Position numbers and translations under genes: made by a program. From positions 350,219 to 414,218 of the forward strand of contig CAWEMY010000017.1 of NCBI GenBank assembly GCA_963810305.1: a stretch of 64,000 nt of DNA, given 5' to 3'. Below are positions 56,552-64,000 of this stretch, one piece after another (the first letter of the stretch is position 1; the number at the start of each line of letters is the position of its first letter). Under the pieces are notes generated by a model. That model was not told where the DNA came from. It did no database searches and saw only the letters and a program-made list of their open reading frames with translations. Origin of the DNA: an uncultured Acidobacteriota bacterium. Its GTDB lineage: Bacteria; Acidobacteriota; Vicinamibacteria; Vicinamibacterales; 2-12-FULL-66-21.

Positions 56552-57058
56552 TTGCGCAAACGCCTTGTCGCCGCCGCTCTGGCGCTCGTTTCCGTCCCCG
56601 CCGCGAGGGCGCTCATCTTGGTGGGCGCGACGGTTCCAGCGCTGACGTCGCAGCGGATGAAGCCGACGGAACCCGGTACGCCCGGTGATCCCAGGTGGCA
56701 AGGGCAGGTTCGCCTGAAAGATGGACGTACGTTCGTCACCGACGGGGGACTCGCCATCGATGCGGCGCTCGCCAGGCCTGACCCGCTCCCCGCCAGGGTC
56801 CTGGCCGCGAAGGTGCTGGAGGACTACCTGGCGGCCAAACCGAAAGACGAATTCAGCGTCAACGACCTCAAGAAGGCGGCGAACGGCCGTACCTACACCG
56901 CGCCAACCGGCGTCGTCCTGAACGCAACCTATATCGATTATCTGCGCCGTATCCTGCCGGCGGCATCGCTGCGCATCCGGGTGGAAGGGGATCTCAAACC
57001 CGTGGTGGTCGTCTCGAAAGGGGTTGCCGTCGGCGTGCTGATGCCGGTGGCGCGCTAG
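56552..57058 (+). CDS. Exported hypothetical protein
   Basis: GGAGG RBS, signal peptide, DGRTFVTDGGLAIDA..VGVLMPV. Confidence 0.6.
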   Translation: MRKRLVAAALALVSVPAARALILVGATVPALTSQRMKPTEPGTPGDPRWQGQVRLKDGRTFVTDGGLAIDAALARPDPLPARVLAAKVLEDYLAAKPKDEFSVNDLKKAANGRTYTAPTGVVLNATYIDYLRRILPAASLRIRVEGDLKPVVVVSKGVAVGVLMPVAR

Positions 57059-57060
57059 CT

Positions 57061-57090
57061 GGGTCCTTGGGTCCTTGGGTCCGTAGGTCC
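57061..57090. repeat. Short octamer tract (GGGTCCTT)
   Basis: gggtccttgggtccttgggtccgtaggtcc. Confidence 0.7.
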
Positions 57091-57153
57091 GAAGCGTTCG
57101 TTGACGCTACGTCAGCCGTGACTTAGAATCGCGCATCCCCTCGCTGCTGCCCG

Positions 57154-59570
57154 GTGATCAACGAATCAATCTCGCACTATCGCGTCCTCCGCAAACTTGG
57201 CGGCGGGGGAATGGGCGTCGTCTACGACGCCGAGGACCTGAGTCTCGGCCGGCACGTCGCGCTCAAGTTCCTGCCTGAGGATCTCGCCCGCGACCACGGC
57301 GCGGTGGAGCGCTTCCATCGCGAGGCCCGCGCGGCGTCGGCGCTCAATCATCCGCACATCTGCACGATCCACGAGATCGGCGAGCACGACGGCAAGTCCT
57401 TCATCGCGATGGAGTCTGCTCGAGGGGAAGACGCTCAAGCATGCGATCGGCGGCGCGCCGCTCGCGATCGAGACCGTGCTCGAACTGGCGGTCCAGATCG
57501 CGGATGCGCTCGAGGCGGCGCATGTCAAGGGGATCGTCCATCGCGACATCAAGCCGGCCAACATCTTCGTCACCGATCGCGGCCAGGCGAAGGTGCTGGA
57601 TTTCGGGCTGGCCAAGATGGTCAAGCCGGCGACGCAGGCGTCGGACGCCACGATCAGCGAGGCGGGTCGACCTGACCGGCGTCGGCGCGACGATCGGGAC
57701 GGTGGCGTACATGTCGCCGGAACAGGCGCTCGGTCGGGAGCTCGATGCGCGCTCGGATCTCTTCAGCTTCGGGATCGTGCTCTACGAGATGGCGACCGGC
57801 GTGCTGCCGTTCCCGGGCGACACGTCCGGCGCCATCACCAACGCGATCATCAACGCGACGCCCGCTCTCCCGGTCCGGCTCAACCCGCGGATTCCGGCCG
57901 AACTCGAGCGCATCATCGGCAAAGCCCTCGAGAAGAAGCCGGAGCTGCGCTATCAGAGCGCGGCGGAGATGCGCGTCGATCTCACGCGGCTGCTGCGAGA
58001 GACGCAGACGAGCCCAGTGACTGCCGTCGGCGCGGCTTCGCAGAGCTCGACTCAACATCCAGGCGCTGCGCCTCCAGGAACTGGAAGATGCGTCGGCGCT
58101 GTAGGCGCGCTGGCGGCAGTCCTCACGCTCGGCGCTGGCCTCTACTGCGCTGCGCGGTCGCAGCTCTCCGGCGCCGCCAACGCCGGCGCCCGAACAGCCC
58201 TCGATCGCCGTGCTGCCGTTCGCCGACATGAGCGCGCAGAAGGATCAGGAGTACTTCTCCGACGGCCTCGCCGAGGAGCTGCTCAACAGCCTGGCGAAGA
58301 TCCCGGGCCTGCGCGTCGCGGCGCGGACGTCGTCGTTCCAGTTCAAGGGGAAGAACGAGGACCTGCGCACCATCGGCGAGAAGCTGAACGTGAGCACGAT
58401 CCTCGAGGGCAGCGTGCGCAAGCAGGGGGAGCGGGTGCGGATCACCGCGCAGTTGATCAAAGCGTCCGACGGCTTTCAGTCTCTGGTCGGAAACCTACGA
58501 TCGCCGCGAGCAGACGCGACGTCTTCGCGGTGCAGGATGACATCGCGCGAGCGGTCGCGGGGTCGCTGCAGGTCGCGCTGCTCGGGGGCGGCAAGGCAGC
58601 GCCCTCCGCGGAAGGGCACGAACGTCGAGGCCTACAACGCGGTTCTTCAGGGACGCTACTTCCTGAGCCGGCGAAGCAAGGAGAACCACGAGAGGGCCTT
58701 GGGGTATTTCGAACAAGCCATCAAGCTGGATCCGACACTGCGCTCCGCATGGGCCGGTCTGGCAGGCGCCCGACATGGGGCAGGCGGATGCGGCTGACGT
58801 CCCGGTTCACGAGGGCTACGGGAACAGCGCGCGAAGGCGGCGGAACGTGCGCTTGGCGCTGGATGAGAAACTGGCAGAGGCCCATTCGGCGGTCGGATGG
58901 ATCAAGTGGAGCTACGACTGGGACTGGTCGGGCGCGAATGCCGTCGATTCAGCGCGCGCTGGCGCTGGAACCGGGGAACGCCGGGCTCTCGACAGGGCTG
59001 GCGTCCTGGCTTGTTCCCTGGGCCGCTTCGACGAGGCGTTGCAGCTGGGTCGCCGCGCGGCAGCGCTGGATCCGCTGCGGTCGGCGACCTTGGGGAATCT
59101 TGGGGACTGTGCCACTCGTGCCGACAAGTGGGAGGAGTCCGCCGCGGCGTTCAGCGAAAGCGCTCGAACTGAACCCAGGGCGCCCAGGATATGCCACGCG
59201 TTTCTGGGGCGAATACCTTCTCGCACAGTCGCGTCCGCAGGACGCCCTGATCGAGGTGCGAGCAGGAGTGGATCGCCCTCTGGCGGATGCAAGGACTGGC
59301 CCTTGGCTACCACGCGCTGAGTCGTAAGAAGGAAGCGGACGACGGCGCTTGCCGAGTTCATTGCGAAGTATCAGGCGGATGCGCGCCTTCCAGGTCGCCG
59401 AGGTTTACGCATTCCGCGGCGACGCCGACCGCGCCTTCGAATGGCTGGAGCGTGCCTACGCGCAGCGCGACGCCGGGCTTGCCGGGATCAAAGGCGACGT
59501 TTCGCTGAAGAACCTCGAGCACGATCCGCGATACGTCGCGTTCCTGAAGAAGATGCGCCTGCCCGTTTGA
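57154..59570 (+). CDS. Ser/Thr kinase with TolB-N-like domain and TPRs (many frameshifts)
   Basis: [63 protein letters not shown]. Confidence 0.88.
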
Positions 59571-59657
59571 TCAGGACACAGCAACGGTCGAGCTTGCCGC
59601 GGCGTGACGCCTCGTCGTCCCGCGGTAGTATCGGGCGTCATCCTTATTGGAGGGTCC

Positions 59658-60486
59658 ATGCGCAGACGATTATTTGCCGCCGCTCTAGCTCTCGTTGCCG
59701 TCCCCGCCGCGTCACTGCTGGCAATCACGTACGGCTTCGTCGATACGAACGGCACCTATTCCAACACCGGCGCCTTCATCGTGAAGTCTCCGACAACAGG
59801 TGCAAATCTTTCCGATCTGCAGCGGGACGTTGATCGCTCCTGACGTCTTTCTGACCGCGAGTCACTGCACCCTCTTTTTCGAGCAGGACCTCGAGCCACT
59901 GGGCTTCACCGCGTACGTCAGCTTCGATAGTCCGATCGGGTACGGCACTCAGACCAATCCGGCGACACAGTTGATCGAGGTCCAGCAGGTCGTCAGCAAT
60001 CCCGCCTACACACAGGCCCAGAATGATCCCAACGACGTCGCCGTGTTGCTCCTGGATCCGACGGACACCGCCGGCATCGAGCCCGCGAACCTGCCACCCG
60101 CAGGGCTGCTGGAAGAAATTGCCAGAAGCCGCGGCTTCAATGGTGCGTTTGTGACCAATGTCGGGTACGGCGTGCAGAATCGAGTCGTCGGTGGCGGCGT
60201 GCCGTTCTTCCAGGACGTGAACCCGATACCTCGGATGTACTCCTTCTCCAGCTTCAACGCGTTGAACAAGGGATACATCCGTTACTCGCAGAACCCCGCT
60301 ACAGGCGGCGGTGGCGCGTGCTTCGGTGATTCGGGAGGGCCGCAGTTCTTCAGGTATCAAGGCACGACCTACATCGTGTCAATCACGATTACCGGGGACA
60401 GCGTGTGCCGCGCCACGAACGTGGCATACCGCCTCGACATCGAGAGTGCACGATCGTTCCTCGCGGCGTATGTGACGCTGCCCTAA
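59658..60486 (+). CDS. Secreted trypsin-like (S1) serine protease (frameshift ~59803)
   Basis: Signal peptide, CSGTLI, TASHC, NDVAV, CFGDSGGP. Confidence 0.92.
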
Positions 60487-60527
60487 AAGAACCGCCGCGA
60501 CGCTTGATCTCGAAGCCCGGAGCGGAC

Positions 60528-61231
60528 GTGAAGACGAAGGTATTGCGACTAGTGGCCATCTCTCTCGCCATCGGGGTGGTCGCAGCGGGCCTGGGTGGCG
60601 CCGCGCCTGACGAGAAGGCGCGCGTCGTCCCGCCACCCGTGATGGACGAACAGCGGTCCCGGAGAGTACATCGGCGGTAGCGGTCGTCGCGGGCGGCTGC
60701 TTCTGGGGTGTGCAGGGAGTGTTTCAGCACCTCAAAGGCGTGACGGGCGCGATCTCCGGGTATGCCGGCGGCCCGCAGGGCGGCGCCAAATACGACCTGG
60801 TGAGCGGCGGCGCCACCGGCCACGCGGAGTCGGTGCAGATCACCTACGATCCGCGACAGATCACGTTCGGTCGGCTGTTGCAGGTGTATTTCTCTGTCGG
60901 GCACGATCCCACCGAGCGCAATCGTCAAGGGCCGGATGTCGGGCCGCAGTACCGCTCGACGATCTTTCCACTCGACGACGAGCAGGCGCGCATCGCCAAG
61001 GCGTATATCGAGCAGCTGAACGCGGCGCGCGCATTTTCGAAACCAATCGTCACCACGATCGAGCCCGGCAAGACGTTTTATCCGGCCGAGGACTATCACC
61101 AGGACTACCTGACCCGTCATCCACGCGAGCCTTATATCGTGATCAACGACCTGCCAAAGATCGATGACCTGAAGCGCCTGTTTCCCGAGCTGTATCGGGC
61201 GGACCCGGTGCTCGTCTCATCCCGGCGCTAG
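60528..61231 (+). CDS. msrA: Peptide-methionine (S)-sulfoxide reductase, copy 2 (frameshift ~60660)
   Basis: Near-identical to 55829-56530, including GGCFWG. Confidence 0.93.
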
Positions 61232-61281
61232 GTCGACGTCACGATCGACGCCAATCAGGTCTACGATTTCCACCACGACGG

Positions 61282-63921
61282 CTAACGCCCGCGCGGGCCG
61301 TCGGACCAGTTGAGGATGACGTTGAGCTGCCGCGGCGCCGATCCGGGATCGCGCTGAATCATCAGGATCCGCTTGCCGTCGGGCGACACGCTGTAACTCT
61401 GAAACCGGTCGTTGACCAGAAAGTTCGCGCGGTCGGTGAGCCGTCGCGGCACGCTGAAGGTTCCGTTCGGCTGGACCGCGACTGACACGAAGGCGTCACC
61501 GGTCACAAAGAAGAGGTCCTTGCCGTCGGGCGACCATATCGGCCGCGCGCCACCTCCCGTCGAGACCGGCACGCGATGCTCACCGCCAGGGTACGACTGC
61601 ACGTAGATCTCGGGTCGCCCGGATTCATCTGACGTATACGCGATCCATCGTGCCCCGTCCGGCGAGAACTGCGCCGCATATTCATTGGATCCGGTGACTC
61701 GCAAGGGGGACGCTTTCCCCTCCGGCGACAGCGTCCACAGATCACGGCCGGTCCTCGGCCCGATCTCCGTGAAGAGCAGCGTCCCGTCGGGCGCGAACGA
61801 GTACGGAAACTGGTCGGACGGCCGCTTGAGGAGCACTTCGGCCGCGCGCGATCCGTCGGCAGGCTGCGAGTAGATGTCCCAGTCGCCGCCGCGATTCGAG
61901 GCGAACAGGATCCGCCGGCCGTCAGGGCTCCAGACCGGAAGAATGTTGCTGTCGGTGCCTGAGGTCAGCGGGGTGCTGGTCCCGCGTTGCAGGTCATGGA
62001 TCCACAGGTTCAGGCCAACGCGAACGACCGCCTTCGTCCCATCCGGCGAAATCCTGACTTCGCGATAGACGTCCTGCTTCCTGCCCGACGGTTCAATCTT
62101 GCCGTCGAGGCTGACCCACACCAGCGATGTCTTCGCGGGATTGCCGGCCGCGTAGACGGCCGTCCCGCCAGCCGACACCGCCAGCCATCCCTGGCCCTCG
62201 GTTTCGATGTTGTGGTAGACGTTGTCGAGCACGGTCGCGTCCGCACTGGTGAGGGCCGGCCGTTGGGGATCGAACGGCGCGGATCGAATGCCCGCGCTTT
62301 CGTCGACGATCAGGAGACGGCCTGACGGACCGGACGACGGGTCGTACATCGCCGAGGCAAACGTCGTCGCCGGCAGGACCGTCTGCCACTTGCCGGTCTC
62401 CAGCGACAGCACCGCAGTTCCCTTGTTCTGCCCCCAGATCGTGAACAACAGACTGCGTCCTCCGGGGAGCGCCTGCGGAAATACGTGGGCGTAGCCGTTG
62501 GCAGCGCCATCAGGTTTGGAGATCGATGTACTGGTCCCACCGCTGGCGGGAATCTGCAGCAGTCCGGAGCTTAGTGAGGCCGCGTAGATGATCTTGTTGT
62601 CCTCGGTCCATGTTCCGCCGAATGGGTACGCCGCTTCGACCAGACGGATAGGGGCACCGCCGTTCACCTCGGTCTTCTGCAAGAATCCCTGGGCGAAGAA
62701 CGCCACCCATTTACCGTCCGGCGAAAAAAACGGCTGACGGGCGCCGCTTGCCCCGGCAACCGCGCGCGCCTCGAACGAATTGAGATCTCGCAGGTAGAGC
62801 TGCGAGTCTTCCGTCCCTTGTTGCGCGACGTAGGCCACCGTCCGGCCGTCGGGCGTGATGGCCGGATACGAGGTGAGTTCAGAACCGGCGGGAAGCGGGA
62901 TCGTCAGACGCGCTGACGTCTGCGGAGCAACCTCCGGCCTGCTCCACAGCGCAAAGGCGGCGACCGCGAGCGAGACGACGGCGATCGCGGCCGATGCCCA
63001 TACGAACGGCCGGCCTGACTGGCGCGCCGGCACTGTCCCCGTTGTCTGAGCTGCGGCCGTCTCGAACGCGCCTTCCAATGCCAGGCGCATCGTCGCCATG
63101 TCGGGAATGCGCTGCTTCGGATCCTTCTGCAGGCAGCGTCGTAGACAAATACCGAGCGTCGGAGGCAGGTTCGGCGGCAGCAGCGTCCAGTCTGGCTCGC
63201 CACGGACGACGGCGGCGAGCGTGTCGGTCAGGTCGTCGCCTGGAAAGGCGCGCGTGCCGGTGAGCATCTCGTAGAGGACGGCGCCAAAGGCCCAGATGTC
63301 GGCGCGCCTGTCGGTCGCCTTGCCGCGCGCCTGCTCGGGCGCCATGTAGGCGGCGGTGCCGAGGATCATCCCCACCGCCGTCGCCCGCGCTGTGAGCGTG
63401 GGCGAATTCATGATGTTCCCGGAGCTGGACGCGCCGGCCGGATCCATCGCTTTGGCCAGACCGAAGTCGAGCACCTTCACCGTGCCGTCGTCGCGGACCT
63501 TCACATTCGCCGGCTTGAGATCTCGATGGATGATGCCCTGCTCGTGCGCGGCCTCGAGCGCCGCCGCGATCTGCAGCGCGATCGGCACCGCGTCGGTCAG
63601 TGCGATCGGGCCGCGCGCGACGTGCGCGGACAGATCCTCGCCCTCGACGAGCTCCATGACGAGTGCGACGATTCCGTCGCGCTCCTCGAGGCCGTGGATG
63701 TGCGCGATGTTCGGATGGTTCAGCGCCGCCAGCGTCCTGGCTTCGCGGTCGAAGCGCGCGCGCCGGTCGGCGTCGAAGGCGAAGGTCTCGGGCAGGATCT
63801 TGATCGCGACGTCCCGACCCAGTTTCGAGTCCGTTGCGCGATAGACCTCGCCCATTCCGCCGGCGCCAAGAGGCGCCCCGACTGCATAAGGGCCCAGGCG
63901 CGTGCCCGCGGCAAGTGTCAT
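61282..63921 (-). CDS. Ser/Thr kinase with TM and TolB-like (PD40) beta-propeller
   Basis: 879-aa intact ORF; [23 protein letters not shown], repeated SPDG; upstream TATACT. Confidence 0.95.
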   Translation of the reverse strand: MTLAAGTRLGPYAVGAPLGAGGMGEVYRATDSKLGRDVAIKILPETFAFDADRRARFDREARTLAALNHPNIAHIHGLEERDGIVALVMELVEGEDLSAHVARGPIALTDAVPIALQIAAALEAAHEQGIIHRDLKPANVKVRDDGTVKVLDFGLAKAMDPAGASSSGNIMNSPTLTARATAVGMILGTAAYMAPEQARGKATDRRADIWAFGAVLYEMLTGTRAFPGDDLTDTLAAVVRGEPDWTLLPPNLPPTLGICLRRCLQKDPKQRIPDMATMRLALEGAFETAAAQTTGTVPARQSGRPFVWASAAIAVVSLAVAAFALWSRPEVAPQTSARLTIPLPAGSELTSYPAITPDGRTVAYVAQQGTEDSQLYLRDLNSFEARAVAGASGARQPFFSPDGKWVAFFAQGFLQKTEVNGGAPIRLVEAAYPFGGTWTEDNKIIYAASLSSGLLQIPASGGTSTSISKPDGAANGYAHVFPQALPGGRSLLFTIWGQNKGTAVLSLETGKWQTVLPATTFASAMYDPSSGPSGRLLIVDESAGIRSAPFDPQRPALTSADATVLDNVYHNIETEGQGWLAVSAGGTAVYAAGNPAKTSLVWVSLDGKIEPSGRKQDVYREVRISPDGTKAVVRVGLNLWIHDLQRGTSTPLTSGTDSNILPVWSPDGRRILFASNRGGDWDIYSQPADGSRAAEVLLKRPSDQFPYSFAPDGTLLFTEIGPRTGRDLWTLSPEGKASPLRVTGSNEYAAQFSPDGARWIAYTSDESGRPEIYVQSYPGGEHRVPVSTGGGARPIWSPDGKDLFFVTGDAFVSVAVQPNGTFSVPRRLTDRANFLVNDRFQSYSVSPDGKRILMIQRDPGSAPRQLNVILNWSDGPRGR

Positions 63922-64000
63922 GAGGGATGGCGTGAGTATACTTCTCGCCCCATTCGTACGGCGATCTCGATCGTCGCCTCGACGTCGGCCAGCGTCGTAT

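Noticed and set aside
57154-60700. Mass pseudogenisation or programmed frameshifting
   Set aside because: Single-base indels are scattered across many unrelated genes with intact catalytic motifs and no slippery-site pattern; most consistent with long-read consensus error.
26773-64000. Prophage, integron or IS-bounded island
   Set aside because: No integrase, transposase, phage structural genes or complete attC sites recognised.

Overview
GC-rich bacterial window. The ADOP-type permeases and five Hanks-type Ser/Thr kinases suggest Acidobacteriota, probably Vicinamibacteria-like (inference). Left part (1-27 kb): a kinase-STAND ATPase, a ~14 kb glycosylation cluster (4 membrane GT-C-like transferases, 4 GT4s, 2 SAM methyltransferases, DUF2062), an MBL hydrolase, a CPBP protease, a sigma54 two-component locus and a class II ribonucleotide reductase (nrdJ) with tandem NrdR boxes. 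Short repeats (GTAG-type REPs, octamer-arm palindromes, 7- and 9-mer tracts) sit at many gene junctions here, and several are translated in frame inside proteins. Right part (27-64 kb): a mosaic accessory region with a ferritin-like protein, DUF4062-FGE, kinases, duplicated ABC permeases, duplicated msrA, hydrolases and a large BNR beta-propeller. It also holds sharp-edged gene duplications, orphan paralog fragments and a shared signal peptide. The best candidate for an undescribed system is a small ORF that carries the same LP-x3/4-GGxAxAR-x3-FExQR motif as the N-terminus of the adjacent ~1150-aa beta-propeller protein. Many genes have single-base frameshifts, probably long-read consensus errors. 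No rRNA, tRNA, CRISPR array, transposase, integrase or reverse transcriptase was seen. All family calls are by eye from motifs; no searches were run.
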